Below are positions 1 through 10,890 of a DNA stretch of 64,000 nucleotides, piece by piece. The notes beneath the pieces are model-generated. The model was not told where the DNA came from. It did no database searches and saw only the letters and a program-made list of their open reading frames with translations. Positions within the stretch are counted from its first letter, which is position 1, and each line of letters starts with the position of its first letter. The position numbers and the translations under genes are program-made. Origin of the DNA: Pontiella sp. Its GTDB lineage: Bacteria > Verrucomicrobiota > Kiritimatiellia > Kiritimatiellales > Pontiellaceae. Location: NCBI GenBank assembly GCA_050290185.1, contig JBNKHE010000001.1:546713-610712 (forward strand), in the 5' to 3' direction.

Positions 1-1110
1 GATGCGGCCAGCATCCGCCAACGCATTGCCGAGCGGCTGGGCCAGGGTCTGCTGTTTCTGATTACATCGCTGTCTACTTTTGCGGTGTTTTTTATTTTCT
101 ACTTTATCCTCAAAGACGCGATTCCTTTCTTCAAGCTCGAAGGCTTTAAGGAACTATTCACCGGCACGCACTGGTATCCCGCCGGAACTCCCGCCGACTT
201 CGGAGCTCTCCCCTTGTTTATCGGCACCGGACTTGTAACCCTGGGTGCCGTCCTCGTAGCCGTTCCGCTGGGCGTCGCCGCAGCGGTCTGCCTGAGCGAC
301 CTGCTCCCCTTCAGGCTCCGGCAGATTGTCAAACCCGTCATCGAAGTGCTGGCGGCCATCCCATCGGTGGCCTATGGATTTTTTGCCCTGGTCGTGTTCG
401 CTCCCGCCTTGCAAAACCATGGAGGAGCCATCTTGTCGGCCGGAGCGTGGCTGATTCTCGGCCCGGTATCCGCCCTTTTGGTGGTCGTGGCCGGCGACCT
501 GATCCTCGACAAACTAAGAAACCGGATCGGCAATGAAAAACTAGCCGGACCCCTGATATTCGCCCTCCTGGGGGCAACCGCTTATTTCATTATTCACCGG
601 ATCGCCGGTCAGCTTGGAGGCATTGAAGTCAGTAGTGGAACCAATGCACTCAATGTATCGGTCATTCTGGGGATCATGGCGCTTCCTACCGTGGTCAGCG
701 TTTCGGAGGACGCCCTTCAGGCGGCGGGCCGCGAGATTCGCGAGGGCTCCTATGCACTGGGCGCCACCCGCGCAGAAACGATTATGAAAGCCGTCATCCC
801 CGCATCGGTCAGCGGTATTCTGGCGGGCGTTATTCTGGGAGTTATGCGCGCCATAGGCGAAACCATGGTCGTCTGGATGGCTTCCGGCAACGCTGCACGT
901 ATTCCGGAGCCCTGGTATAATGTCCTGCAGCCCGTCCGTACGCTGACGGCAACGATTGCCGGAGACATGGGCGAAGCCGACCACGTGACCGGATCTGCGC
1001 GCTTCCACGTGCTCTTCGCCCTGGCGGCCTGCCTGCTCGCAACCTCTTTTATTATGAACCTCGCCAGCGAACTCATTGTTAAGCGCTCGCGCAAGAAACT
1101 GGGAAAATAA
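1..1110 (+). CDS. pstC: Phosphate ABC transporter permease PstC (5' end outside window)
   Basis: Frame is open from base 1. Motifs 'EVLAAIPSVAYGFFAL', EAA-like 'REGSYALGATRAET' and 'RAIGETM'; first gene of pstCAB-phoU. Confidence 0.93.
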   Translation, partial: DAASIRQRIAERLGQGLLFLITSLSTFAVFFIFYFILKDAIPFFKLEGFKELFTGTHWYPAGTPADFGALPLFIGTGLVTLGAVLVAVPLGVAAAVCLSDLLPFRLRQIVKPVIEVLAAIPSVAYGFFALVVFAPALQNHGGAILSAGAWLILGPVSALLVVVAGDLILDKLRNRIGNEKLAGPLIFALLGATAYFIIHRIAGQLGGIEVSSGTNALNVSVILGIMALPTVVSVSEDALQAAGREIREGSYALGATRAETIMKAVIPASVSGILAGVILGVMRAIGETMVVWMASGNAARIPEPWYNVLQPVRTLTATIAGDMGEADHVTGSARFHVLFALAACLLATSFIMNLASELIVKRSRKKLGK

Positions 1111-1112
1111 AA

Positions 1113-1238
1113 ATGAATTTTAGATTTCCGATTTTAGATTTCCAATTTTTTGAAGGGCTTCGCCCCAATCCATTGTTGCGACAGGACCGGCCAGTGCAGC
1201 CGTCCCGCAAATCGAAATTCACCATTCAAAAATCGAAA
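1113..1238. repeat. Heptamer-periodic imperfect inverted-repeat element in the pstC-pstA spacer
   Basis: Left arm ATTTTAG-ATTTCCG-ATTTTAG-ATTTCCA (about 1117-1144); complementary right arm AAATCGAAATTCACCATTCAAAAATCGAAA (1209-1238). Confidence 0.55.
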
Positions 1239-1246
1239 CTATTCTG

Positions 1247-2593
1247 ATGCGACTCGAAACCAGAAAGCTTCTCGACAAGGCCTTTTCCGGCTTCGGCCTG
1301 ATTGCCATCGTCGTCATGGCCATGGCGCTTGTCATAATCCTCGCTCCTATTATATGGCGCGGGTCCAAGGCGTTTGTCTTCAAGGGAACCATTGAGCACC
1401 GCCGTGTCATGCTGGAACAGTTCGACCGCGGAAATTCCGAAGCCTTCAATAAGGAAATGAAGAAAGCCACCGCCGCCCGTGCGCCCGTCTATCAGATGAT
1501 GGCCGACTTCGAAGCCGAAATGAAGGAAATGCCACGCGCTGAACGGCGGGAATACAAAGGGGCCTATCGGGAAGTGGAAGATGCCATCAAAGTCCTGCTT
1601 GGTCCCGCTCCCGGCCAGCGCACTCCCGTACTGATCCGGCAACGATACGGACAGACACGCTGGGATCGCGCCCTGGTCAAACTCCATGAAACGCTCTATT
1701 CCGAAGAGTGGGACTATTCCAACCCCGATGCCATGGGCGTGCTGGTGGAAAAACCGCGTATCGATCAGTTCAAAGGCACCCGGCTGGAGCCCCTATTTCA
1801 ATATCTTGAGGAACATGTGGATGAAATGCTGCGCCCGAAAACCACGTTTTACTGGCAATTCATCACGGATACATCCCGCGACTCGCACATCTTCGGCGGG
1901 ATCTGGCCGGAGGTGCTGGGAACCATCTACCTGACACTAGGCGCCATGATCTTCGCTATTCCCATGGGCGTGATTGCCGCCATCTACCTGTGTGAATATT
2001 CCAAGGAAGGCCGGATCATCAGCTTCCTTCGCATCTGTATCAGTACGCTGGCCGGAGTACCGAGCATCGTATTCGGGCTGTTCGGCCTCGCCTTTTTCCT
2101 GAATACCATCCATGTATCCGACTCCAAAAGCGTATTGGCGGGTTCACTAACCCTTTCCCTGCTTATTCTGCCCACGATCATCCGCTCGTCCGAGGAGGCC
2201 ATCCTCGCGGTCCCCCGCAGTTACAAGGAAGCCGCCTTCGGCCTTGGTGCCGGACGCTGGCGCACGGTGTTGACCGTTATCCTGCCAGCCGCCCTCCCGG
2301 GCATTCTGACCGGCATTGTGATCAGCATGGGTCGCGCCGCCGGCGAAACCGCACCGATCATCTTTACCGCCGCGGTCAGCGTCGGGGCCCCGCTCAAACT
2401 ATGGGAAACCTTCAGCCAGCCGACTCCGGCCCTCCCCTGGAACATTTATAACCTGTGTACCGAACATGAAGCGGTGGACGAGATCCGCCACGTCCAATAT
2501 GGCATGGTTTTCACGCTGGTAGCCCTGGTACTGCTCCTGAACCTGATTGCCATCACCATGCGGGCACGCATTTCCAAGAAACTGAGAGGTTGA
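1247..2593 (+). CDS. pstA: Phosphate ABC transporter permease PstA with a large extra soluble domain
   Basis: '[14 protein letters not shown]', '[12 protein letters not shown]', 'RAAGETAP'; synteny. Confidence 0.93.
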   Translation: MRLETRKLLDKAFSGFGLIAIVVMAMALVIILAPIIWRGSKAFVFKGTIEHRRVMLEQFDRGNSEAFNKEMKKATAARAPVYQMMADFEAEMKEMPRAERREYKGAYREVEDAIKVLLGPAPGQRTPVLIRQRYGQTRWDRALVKLHETLYSEEWDYSNPDAMGVLVEKPRIDQFKGTRLEPLFQYLEEHVDEMLRPKTTFYWQFITDTSRDSHIFGGIWPEVLGTIYLTLGAMIFAIPMGVIAAIYLCEYSKEGRIISFLRICISTLAGVPSIVFGLFGLAFFLNTIHVSDSKSVLAGSLTLSLLILPTIIRSSEEAILAVPRSYKEAAFGLGAGRWRTVLTVILPAALPGILTGIVISMGRAAGETAPIIFTAAVSVGAPLKLWETFSQPTPALPWNIYNLCTEHEAVDEIRHVQYGMVFTLVALVLLLNLIAITMRARISKKLRG

Positions 2594-2594
2594 T

Positions 2595-3416
2595 ATGAAC
2601 GACGAAATCACCCTGAGAAAATTCGACCAGTTTGCCGAACACGACGAGTCGGCCGAACCCTCGGAAATCCATATCCAAGCCAAGGAGTTCTCCCTCTTCT
2701 ACGGCGACTTCGAGGCCGTTCGCAAAGTGAGCATGAAAATTCCCAAGCGCAAGGTTACGGCCATGATCGGACCCAGCGGATGTGGTAAAAGTACGTTGCT
2801 GCGATCCATCAACCGCATGAACGACCTCATTCCCTCTACGCACGCTTCGGGCGAGATGATCTTCGACGGACATAACATCTACGATCGCAATATCGATGTC
2901 GTTACCCTCCGCTCACGGGTCGGCATGGTGTTCCAGAAGCCCAACGTCTTTCCGAAGTCCATCTTCGACAACGTCGCCTACGGTCCGCGCCTGCAAGGCG
3001 TCGGCAACAAGCAGCAGTTGGGCGAAATCGTCGAAACGAGTCTGCGCCAGGCCGCCATCTGGGACGAGGTGAAGGATCGACTGAACACCAACGCCCTCGG
3101 CATGTCGGGTGGCCAGCAGCAACGCCTTTGCATGGCCCGCGCCCTGGCCATCAAACCGGAAATCCTATTGATGGACGAGCCGACCTCCGCGCTCGACCCG
3201 AAGGCCACCGCCAAGATCGAAGACCTCATCGGCGAACTGCGCAAGGAATACACGATCATTATTGTGACCCACAATATGCAGCAGGCCGCACGCGTTTCCG
3301 ACCTTACCGCTTTCATGTACGAGGGGGTATTGGTAGAATCTGGAAAGACCAAACAGCTGTTCACCAATCCGGAAAACGTACAAACAGAAAACTATATTAC
3401 CGGCAGATTTGGATAG
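2595..3416 (+). CDS. pstB: Phosphate ABC transporter ATPase PstB
   Basis: Walker A GPSGCGKS, signature [21 protein letters not shown]-terminal YITGRFG. Confidence 0.97.
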   Translation: MNDEITLRKFDQFAEHDESAEPSEIHIQAKEFSLFYGDFEAVRKVSMKIPKRKVTAMIGPSGCGKSTLLRSINRMNDLIPSTHASGEMIFDGHNIYDRNIDVVTLRSRVGMVFQKPNVFPKSIFDNVAYGPRLQGVGNKQQLGEIVETSLRQAAIWDEVKDRLNTNALGMSGGQQQRLCMARALAIKPEILLMDEPTSALDPKATAKIEDLIGELRKEYTIIIVTHNMQQAARVSDLTAFMYEGVLVESGKTKQLFTNPENVQTENYITGRFG

Positions 3417-3421
3417 AGAGA

Positions 3422-3480
3422 GACGTGACAAGTGAAACGTGAAACGTGAACCGGAAAATCACAAATCACGAAGCACGAAT
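3422..3480. repeat. Heptamer-periodic imperfect inverted repeat in the pstB-phoU spacer
   Basis: GACGTGA-CAAGTGA-AACGTGA-AACGTGA followed by the complementary TCACAAA-TCACGAA-GCACGAA. Confidence 0.55.
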
Positions 3481-3500
3481 CCGTCTCCGAAGGAGACCGC

Positions 3501-4160
3501 ATGGCAAAGCATTTGGAAAAGGAACTGGATCGAATCAAGAAACTGATTTACACCCTCGGGGCCCGCGTTGATGAGAGCCTGGAGCTAGCGGTTAAATCCT
3601 TCCAGGAAAACGATACCGAACTGGCCAATAAGATTATCGACGGCGACCACGAAATCGACGATATGGAAGTCGAAGTCGAAGAAGAGTGCCTCAAGGCGCT
3701 TGCCCTCTATCAGCCGGTTGCCATCGATCTCCGTTTTATTGTCGCGGTCATGAAAATGAACAGCGACCTCGAACGCATCGGCGACCTGGCGGCCGACATT
3801 GCCAAGAACGGCATCTACATCAACAAGGCCGCCAAGCCAAAGATACCGCTCGATCTCCACCAGATGACCTATCTGGCCAAGGCGATTGTGCGCAAGAGTC
3901 TTGATTCGCTGTTGAACATCGATGCGTATCTGGCGCGCGAAGTCCTCAAGGACGACGAGGAAATCAATGCCATGAAGTCCGAAATGAAGACGGAAATTGT
4001 CGAAGCCCTTAAGCGCGATCCGGAACATGCCGAAACGATGATCACCCTGCTGGCGGTTACAAACCGGCTCGAACGCATCGGAGATCACGCCTGCAATCTG
4101 GCCGAAGACGTCATCTACATGGTTGAAGCCGACATTGTCCGGCACCAGGTCGACGAATAG
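3501..4160 (+). CDS. phoU: Phosphate signalling protein PhoU
   Basis: 'QPVAIDLR' and two 'LERIGD' motifs; GGAG RBS; follows pstB. Confidence 0.96.
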   Translation: MAKHLEKELDRIKKLIYTLGARVDESLELAVKSFQENDTELANKIIDGDHEIDDMEVEVEEECLKALALYQPVAIDLRFIVAVMKMNSDLERIGDLAADIAKNGIYINKAAKPKIPLDLHQMTYLAKAIVRKSLDSLLNIDAYLAREVLKDDEEINAMKSEMKTEIVEALKRDPEHAETMITLLAVTNRLERIGDHACNLAEDVIYMVEADIVRHQVDE

Positions 4161-4162
4161 AA

Positions 4163-4190
4163 AACCCTGCAAAACACGTTTTGCAGGGTT
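4163..4190. terminator. Hairpin after phoU (likely terminator between convergent phoU and rph)
   Basis: AACCCTGCAAAA-cacg-TTTTGCAGGGTT, perfect 12-bp stem. Confidence 0.65.
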
Positions 4191-4301
4191 CGGTTCACGG
4201 TTATTGGTTGATGTTTGCCAGGACCGCTCGGATCCGTGCCGCAAAGCAATCCTTTCAGCCTATCAACCATCAACGGATCACTTTAGCCAGCCGGCGAAGC
4301 G

Positions 4302-5084
4302 TCAGCCGATAACGGCTTTCTGCATTGCGACCAGTTCCCCGATCCCCTTTTCCGCAAGCGTCATCATCTGAAGCAGTTCATCCTTGCTGAACGGAGCGCC
4401 CTCCGCCGTACCCTGAACTTCGATGATCTTGCCCGATTCGGTCATCACAAAATTGGCGTCGACCTCGGCCGAAGAATCCTCCAGATAGCAAAGATCCAGA
4501 ATGGGTATGCGTTTATTGATTCCGGCACTGATGGCCGCCAGCCCCTCGATCACGGGATCCTGTTTGATCAACCCCTCCTTCATGAGCCGGTCTACTGCCA
4601 GCTTCAGCGCCACATAGGCCCCGGTGATGGACGCAGTGCGGGTACCGCCATCGGCCTGGATCACATCACAGTCGAGATAGATCTGGCGCCGGCCCAGCTT
4701 TTCAAGGTCGACCACGGCACGCAACGAACGTCCGATCAAACGCTGAATCTCCATGGTGCGCCCGCCGATCTTGCCCTGCGTGGCCTCGCGCTTGGTGCGA
4801 TCCTGGGTCGCCCCGGGGAGCATGCTGTATTCCGCTGTAACCCACCCGCCGGGCACCTTTTGAAAGCGCATCCAGCCGGGCACATTCTCGTCCACACTGG
4901 CCGTACAGATGACGCGCGTATTCCCCATTTCCACCAAGACCGAGCCCTTGGCCGAGGTAATAAAATCCTTCGTGAATTTAACGCTTCGCAGTTCATCGGC
5001 CCTTCGTCCGTCGATCCGCTTTTCCGCATTGTTCACCACTGTATCGAGATTGATTCCGCCACTGAGATTAATTTCTTTCTTCAT
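4302..5084 (-). CDS. rph: Ribonuclease PH
   Basis: '[11 protein letters not shown]', '[14 protein letters not shown]', '[18 protein letters not shown]'. Start trimmed to the ATG at 5084 (exact start uncertain). Confidence 0.96.
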   Translation of the reverse strand: MKKEINLSGGINLDTVVNNAEKRIDGRRADELRSVKFTKDFITSAKGSVLVEMGNTRVICTASVDENVPGWMRFQKVPGGWVTAEYSMLPGATQDRTKREATQGKIGGRTMEIQRLIGRSLRAVVDLEKLGRRQIYLDCDVIQADGGTRTASITGAYVALKLAVDRLMKEGLIKQDPVIEGLAAISAGINKRIPILDLCYLEDSSAEVDANFVMTESGKIIEVQGTAEGAPFSKDELLQMMTLAEKGIGELVAMQKAVIG

Positions 5085-5222
5085 AGTCCGCGCATGGTGG
5101 AGGAGAAGCTGTCCGAATGCAACGGGAAATGGAAATTCAGGCGTGAGGCGCGAGGAGCGGCCCCGGGTTTCCATCAATGGAATTCCACGAATCATTCGTT
5201 GTTTTTTCACTCTCAAATGGGT

Positions 5223-5250
5223 TTGACAATGTTCAATTTGTTGGTAGTTT
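5223..5250 (+). promoter_or_regulatory. Sigma70-type promoter of the rpmH operon
   Basis: TTGACA-16 nt-TAGTTT with TG just upstream of the -10. Confidence 0.55.
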
Positions 5251-5284
5251 AGCGTGCTTTTTAGAACACAAAGGGAATTTACCG

Positions 5285-5422
5285 ATGAAACGTACATACA
5301 ATCCTTCGAAGCTGAAGCGTGCCCGCAAGTGCGGATTCCGCAAACGTATGGCAACTGCAGATGGCCGTGCCATCCTTAAGCGTCGGCGTCAAAAGGGACG
5401 CAAGCGCCTTACTGCCGTTTAA
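5285..5422 (+). CDS. rpmH: 50S ribosomal protein L34
   Basis: [42 protein letters not shown]. Confidence 0.97.
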   Translation: MKRTYNPSKLKRARKCGFRKRMATADGRAILKRRRQKGRKRLTAV

Positions 5423-5435
5423 TTCAGGTTTTAAT

Positions 5436-5900
5436 ATGCCGAAGCCCCACCAGAGGGAGTCGGACCATTCCATCGACTCAAGCCCGCCATCCAGCGGGCT
5501 TGATCGTTGTTTATCCAAGCAGCAACGACTGACCCGGTCCTCACTTTTTTCCGAAACCTTTGCGCAAAACCGAAAATGGGTCGGACGCTACATGGTCCTT
5601 TGGCTGCGCAGCGGTGGAGACGCTTCACTGCGACTTGGTGTTATAACCAGCAAGAAAGTCCACCTGCGCGCAAACAAACGGAACCGCGCCCGCCGCAGGC
5701 TTCGCGAAGCCTACCGCAATCTGCGGCCCTACTTTACCGGCGACCTCGACGTCATACTGGTCGGACGCCGCGCCATCCTCCAGGCCGAATGGCCCGATAT
5801 TCTGCGCGAACTCCTGACGCTGGCCTCCCGGGCCGGCTTGATCTCCGCGGAAGCCTGCGAAATCGCCACCCATGAGTTTCATCTGAACGATGTGGATTAG
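5436..5900 (+). CDS. rnpA: RNase P protein component
   Basis: '[27 protein letters not shown]' RNR motif; position after rpmH. Start uncertain. Confidence 0.92.
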   Translation: MPKPHQRESDHSIDSSPPSSGLDRCLSKQQRLTRSSLFSETFAQNRKWVGRYMVLWLRSGGDASLRLGVITSKKVHLRANKRNRARRRLREAYRNLRPYFTGDLDVILVGRRAILQAEWPDILRELLTLASRAGLISAEACEIATHEFHLNDVD

Positions 5901-6138
5901 AGCCATTATTAAAATGCCTGCACGGGGAGCCGTTGTGCTGATCCGGCTGTATCAAAAAATGGTCAGCCCATGGATCGGACAGCGCTGCCGCTTCCACCCC
6001 AGCTGCTCACACTATTGCATTGATGCCCTGATCCAACATGGTATGGTTCACGGTCTTTGGCTGGGGATTAAAAGAATCTGCAAATGCCATCCGTTTCACC
6101 CGGGCGGATTCGACCCCGTCCCCAAGCGAAAACCATAG
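5890..6138 (+). CDS. yidD: Membrane protein insertion efficiency factor YidD
   Basis: '[10 protein letters not shown]', '[13 protein letters not shown]'. Confidence 0.95.
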   Translation: MWIRAIIKMPARGAVVLIRLYQKMVSPWIGQRCRFHPSCSHYCIDALIQHGMVHGLWLGIKRICKCHPFHPGGFDPVPKRKP

Positions 6139-6159
6139 ATTTACTGAAAAGAGATAGAG

Positions 6160-7917
6160 ATGAATAGAAAAGATTTAATTCCCATTATCCTGCTGGTCCT
6201 GCTGATTCCCTTGTGGATGCTTATCGATCGCACCTATCTGGCACCGAAATTCGCTTCGAAGCCGGTCCCTGTAGCCCAGACCAGTGCGGTGGCCCCCGAG
6301 GCGGACAATATGGGCACATCCGAACAGGCTGAGGCCTTCACCCAGGCGGAAACCGCGGTAGCGCAAACCATCCCCGAGGTTGTTGAACCGGAAGCTGACG
6401 AAGTAACCGCCATCCTGAAGAATGATAAAATAGAACTCGAGCTCACATCGCTGGGCGGCGGTATCAAGTCGGTTACCCTACTGGGTTATCCGGAGTTTAA
6501 CGAAGACGGCAGCCCGCCCGTATCATTGAACTTTTCCAATGCTCCGGCCTTCTCGTATCAGGGCCTGGAAGGACTCGAAGCCCGTAACGCACTACACCTT
6601 GAAGTCACCGCCAATGGAAGGAGCGCCACCCTTACCCGGAAACTGCCGGATGGTGTTTTTGAACGTACCGTCACGCTGGGCGACGACTACATGCTGAATG
6701 TAACAGACCGCTTCACGGCATCGTCAGCCAACTCCTGCCAGCTACCGGCCTTTCGTATCCTGACCGGACGCATGCAAAATCCAGCCGATATGAAGGCCCA
6801 GAAGGGTATAAGCCTCTTGGGCGTTGATAGCTATACCACCGATGGAGGCATCAACTACTGGGGACGCAAGCTGACCAAGCTTTACAAGAATGCAGACAAG
6901 CCCGAAAATCTGTACGCGGTACCGGAAGCTATGCAGGATGCCCCGGTCGACTGGGTTGCGGCAAAGAACAAATTCTTCACGCAGATTATCAGCCTGAAAG
7001 AGCCAATCGCAACCATGGCGATTTCCTCTTCACGCGATATGACCCAGAAGGGCATTGTTGCGCGGGACATCGCGGCAGCTTTAGTCTTCAAGCCGATCTC
7101 TATCCAGGCAGGCGATGCTTTGCAGCTCGATTACTCCTGCTTTATCGGGCCCAAACAGTATTCCATCCTTAAGGCCGCCGGAAACAATCTGGAAGGCGTT
7201 ATGGAATTCGAAACCATTGGTACCTTTTCATGGATGAACTGGCTGATGGAACCCTCACGCAAAGCTTTGCTTTGGACCCTGAACCTCTTCCATGGAATTT
7301 TTCATAACTATGGGGTAGCGATCATCTTGCTTACCCTGCTGGTTCGCATCCTGTTCTGGCCGCTTACCCACAAGAGCACGGAAAGCATGCGGCGCATGCA
7401 GGAGATTCAGCCGGAGATCAAGGCTCTGCAGGAAAAACATAAGAAGGATCCGCAGCGCCTGCAGCAGGAGACCATGAAGCTCTACAAAGAGAAGAAGGTC
7501 AACCCCATGGGCGGATGCCTGCCGATGTTCGTGCAGATCCCCGTATTCATTGCGCTCTTCACTGTTTTGCGCAATGCCATTGAGTTGCGCTATGCTGGTT
7601 TCCTCTGGATCGCAGACCTAAGCGCACCGGAAAACCTGTTCATGGGCAAGGTACCGGTGGTTGGGTCTCTCAACATTCTCCCGCTTCTAATGTCAGCCTC
7701 CATGATCTGGCAGCAAAAAATGAACTCCCCCTCGACAGCGGCGACTCCGGAACAGCAGCAACAGCAGAAAATGATGATGGTTATGATGCCGATCATGATG
7801 CTGTTCTTCTTCTACAGCATGCCATCAGGCCTGGTCCTATACTGGACTACCAGCAATCTGTTAATGATCGCGCAGACCGGCATCCGCAACCTCCGGAAGA
7901 AACTGAAAGAGACGTAG
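6160..7917 (+). CDS. yidC: Membrane protein insertase YidC
   Basis: 'GPKQY', 'NPMGGCLPMFVQIPVF', 'PSGLVLYWTTSN'. Confidence 0.97.
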   Translation: MNRKDLIPIILLVLLIPLWMLIDRTYLAPKFASKPVPVAQTSAVAPEADNMGTSEQAEAFTQAETAVAQTIPEVVEPEADEVTAILKNDKIELELTSLGGGIKSVTLLGYPEFNEDGSPPVSLNFSNAPAFSYQGLEGLEARNALHLEVTANGRSATLTRKLPDGVFERTVTLGDDYMLNVTDRFTASSANSCQLPAFRILTGRMQNPADMKAQKGISLLGVDSYTTDGGINYWGRKLTKLYKNADKPENLYAVPEAMQDAPVDWVAAKNKFFTQIISLKEPIATMAISSSRDMTQKGIVARDIAAALVFKPISIQAGDALQLDYSCFIGPKQYSILKAAGNNLEGVMEFETIGTFSWMNWLMEPSRKALLWTLNLFHGIFHNYGVAIILLTLLVRILFWPLTHKSTESMRRMQEIQPEIKALQEKHKKDPQRLQQETMKLYKEKKVNPMGGCLPMFVQIPVFIALFTVLRNAIELRYAGFLWIADLSAPENLFMGKVPVVGSLNILPLLMSASMIWQQKMNSPSTAATPEQQQQQKMMMVMMPIMMLFFFYSMPSGLVLYWTTSNLLMIAQTGIRNLRKKLKET

Positions 7918-8060
7918 TCTCTGGCGATTGATGGTTGCAGGAACTCAATATGAGGCGCGAACGGTCGGTGACCTTCGCGCCTTATCTGCTGGATGACAAA
8001 GGCGGGAAGGCTTCCAGCCGCTCCCGCCATGCAAAAAAAACGCCAACCGACAACGTACTA

Positions 8061-9485
8061 CTAATGGACCTTCCGCAGGTGCGAAGGGAGAATACGGAGC
8101 TGATCGCGGTATTTCGCCACCGTGCGGCGGGCTATCTTGATCCCCTGCTCTTCATCCAGCATCTTGACCAGCTTGGCGTCTGAGTAGGGTTTCTTCTTGT
8201 CTTCCTTGAGCACGATTTCAGCCAAGGCGGCCTTAACGCTTTCATTGGAGATCTGATTTCCACTGGCAGTTGCAACGCCGGGCTTGAAGAAATACTTCAT
8301 ACTGAGCAAACCCCGCGGTGTCTGCATGTATTTTCCGGTAGTTGCACGACTGATGGTGGTTTCATGCACCTCCAGAATTTCCGCAATGGTTTTCATGTTA
8401 AGCGGTTTGAGCCGGGAAACACCATGGTCAAAGAAATCGCGTTGGATCCGGACAATTTCCACAGCTATGCGATAGATGGTGTTCATGCGTTGGTCAATGC
8501 TCTGAATAAACTGCTTTGACTTGGCAATCTTTTCACGGATGTAGGTCTTCACCTCTTTTGAGGTCTTCGGATCCTTGAGCATCTGGAGGTATTTTTGACT
8601 GATGAAAAGATTGGGGTACGGCTTCTTATTCTGGGTGATGACATATTCGCCGTCTTTTTTCTCAACGATAATTTCCGGTGTGACGTACTCAATTCGATCC
8701 TCGCTGAAATTCCGTCCGGGCTTGGGGTCCAGCTTTGCCACGGCAGCAGCCAATTCCTTAACACGATCCAGCGTCAACCCCATGGCGCGCGCAATATCGT
8801 CATACTTGTGGCGGGCCAGTAAATCAAGATGGCTGGATACAATCTGATATTCCTGCGTATCTGCCTTGCCAGCCCGTTTCAACTGCAAAAGCAGGCATTC
8901 ACGCAAGTCACGCGCACCAACACCCGGCGGATCAAAGTCGTGAATGGTATTCAGGATTTTATCAAGGGTTTCGGCAGGGAAATTGGGCAATGCAAGCAGA
9001 TCTTCTACATCCAACTGCAGATAACCGTCATCATCAATATTTCCAATGGCAATCTCGGCAATTTTCTTTTCATAGTCATTCAGCCCCGACAGCGCCAACT
9101 GTTCAAGTAGCTGGTCATGCAGGGACGAGGATTCGGACAACGAATCCATCATGTACTGGTATTTTTCCTCTGCATCGGCACCACCCAGTGTCTGATGGCT
9201 TTCGTAGTAATTATCGCCCCACTCTTCGCCAAGTGCAGCCAGCTTTTCGAGCTCGTTATCAAACTCCTCCCGCTCAACATCCTTGGTGCCCTGCTCGATC
9301 TCGATCTGCTCGTCGGGCTGCTCCTGCGTAGCTTCGAGCGTGGGGTTTTCAGATAGCTCCTGCTGAATCATCTGTTGCAGATCCAGCAAGGGCATTTGCA
9401 GGATTTCGAGCGATTGGAAAAGATGCGGCGCAAGTACCTGCTGCATCTTCATTTCTTGACTTAAAACTAAACCATGCTTTGCCAT
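8061..9485 (-). CDS. rpoN: RNA polymerase sigma-54 factor
   Basis: RpoN box ARRTVAKYR, HTH 'HETTISRA', Q/L-rich region I. Confidence 0.97.
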   Translation of the reverse strand: MAKHGLVLSQEMKMQQVLAPHLFQSLEILQMPLLDLQQMIQQELSENPTLEATQEQPDEQIEIEQGTKDVEREEFDNELEKLAALGEEWGDNYYESHQTLGGADAEEKYQYMMDSLSESSSLHDQLLEQLALSGLNDYEKKIAEIAIGNIDDDGYLQLDVEDLLALPNFPAETLDKILNTIHDFDPPGVGARDLRECLLLQLKRAGKADTQEYQIVSSHLDLLARHKYDDIARAMGLTLDRVKELAAAVAKLDPKPGRNFSEDRIEYVTPEIIVEKKDGEYVITQNKKPYPNLFISQKYLQMLKDPKTSKEVKTYIREKIAKSKQFIQSIDQRMNTIYRIAVEIVRIQRDFFDHGVSRLKPLNMKTIAEILEVHETTISRATTGKYMQTPRGLLSMKYFFKPGVATASGNQISNESVKAALAEIVLKEDKKKPYSDAKLVKMLDEEQGIKIARRTVAKYRDQLRILPSHLRKVH

Positions 9486-9702
9486 GCAGTTGAATTTACC
9501 CTCTTCTGCACGCATATCTCAAGCCAAGTTTATGGAAAACAAGCAAGTTCCGGGCGCCGGGAAAATTATTCGGAGCTACGGTTTCGTCCATCACTCAATG
9601 CTTTAAAAACCACTCCACCACCTCCCGCGCAATAAACCACTAAAAAAAGTTTCCATCACTCGGATGGAGCCTATTATGTTAAAAAATTTAAAGGGGAATT
9701 AG

Positions 9703-10545
9703 ATGGATTTGCAGGTATGTGTATTAGGCAGTGGTAGCTCAGGCAATGCCATCTATATCGCCTCCAGCAAAACGCGCTTACTGATTGATGCAGGTCTAAG
9801 CGCCAGACAAATTGCACTCCGTCTCGATCAGTTGGGCGTTGTTCCTGAAAGCATCAACGGTATATGCGTGTCCCATGAACACGGGGATCATGTTGCCGGG
9901 CTTAGAGTGCTCCAGAAACGGCACGGTATTCCCATATACGCTAACGCCGGCACCCTAAATGGAATTAAGCGGCAGCCCAAGGCGCACGAAATTTATACGC
10001 GGGTTTTCCAAACGGGATCAGCGTTTGAAATTGGTGATATTACCATCGAACCCTTTTCCGTCCCGCACGACGCCTATGAACCCGTCGGATTTCGCGTGCA
10101 AACTGCTCAAAGCTGTGTGGGCACGGTGACCGACCTCGGAATGGGAACATCGCTTATCCGCGAAAAACTGAAGGGATGCCAAGCCATTATCGTGGAATCC
10201 AACCATGACGAGGACCTCCTCAGAGAAGCTCCGAGGCCCTGGTCGCTAAAACAGCGTATTCGCAGTCGCCAGGGCCACTTGTCCAATATCGATGCCGCTC
10301 GATTGATCTCAGAGAGCGCTACAGAGGCTCTAGAACATGTATTTCTGGTTCATCTCAGTTCCGACTGCAACACACCCGAAACCGCATTGCGAACTGTGGC
10401 GTCGCAACTTCGGCTGGACGGCCTGGGTCATATAAGCCTGGAAGTATCCATGGCCGACCAGATCACCAAGCTCTGGCGTCCATCGGCCTCCCATCCCAAT
10501 AACCATGACCTATGCGACCGGGGTTGCATTGCAAAGGCTCTGTAA
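9703..10545 (+). CDS. MBL-fold metallo-hydrolase (YycJ/WalJ-like)
   Basis: 'LGSGSSGN', HxHxDH (HEHGDH), 'ESNHD', 'GHLSN', 'HLS'. Confidence 0.9.
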   Translation: MDLQVCVLGSGSSGNAIYIASSKTRLLIDAGLSARQIALRLDQLGVVPESINGICVSHEHGDHVAGLRVLQKRHGIPIYANAGTLNGIKRQPKAHEIYTRVFQTGSAFEIGDITIEPFSVPHDAYEPVGFRVQTAQSCVGTVTDLGMGTSLIREKLKGCQAIIVESNHDEDLLREAPRPWSLKQRIRSRQGHLSNIDAARLISESATEALEHVFLVHLSSDCNTPETALRTVASQLRLDGLGHISLEVSMADQITKLWRPSASHPNNHDLCDRGCIAKAL

Positions 10546-10830
10546 CCCTTCTGCCTGGCTTTTTGGCTCCACCGCCCGTAAGCGACAGCCGAGGCCTCTC
10601 GGATATCAGTAACGGAAGCGGTAGCTCGAGGTTTCTTATCCGCGCAATGGGGGAACAGCCGATCTACAACATCGTTACCCACGGGTAACCAAGGTTCTAT
10701 GGCTCCTCCGCGTTTCGTGCAGTACAGATCATGGCATCGTTGACCTTGCAACCTAGAGCCTTTGCTGAAGGAACCAAGGAAGGCCCATTCAACCTCGGGA
10801 AATCCCATGGTGCTCTGTCTTCGACCGCAT

Positions 10831-10862
10831 AAAAAAATCCCCTCCGTAAAAGAAGGGGATTT
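10831..10862 (-). terminator. Intrinsic terminator of the autotransporter gene
   Basis: AAATCCCCT...AGGGGATTT stem with a U-tract on the minus strand. Confidence 0.7.
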
Positions 10863-10890
10863 CATCATATTTCGTGAAATACCTTGAGAA

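Noticed and set aside
10546..10830. Unexplained 285-bp spacer, possible ncRNA or gene relic
   Set aside because: No recognisable RNA family or protein motif by eye; needs Rfam/BLASTX.
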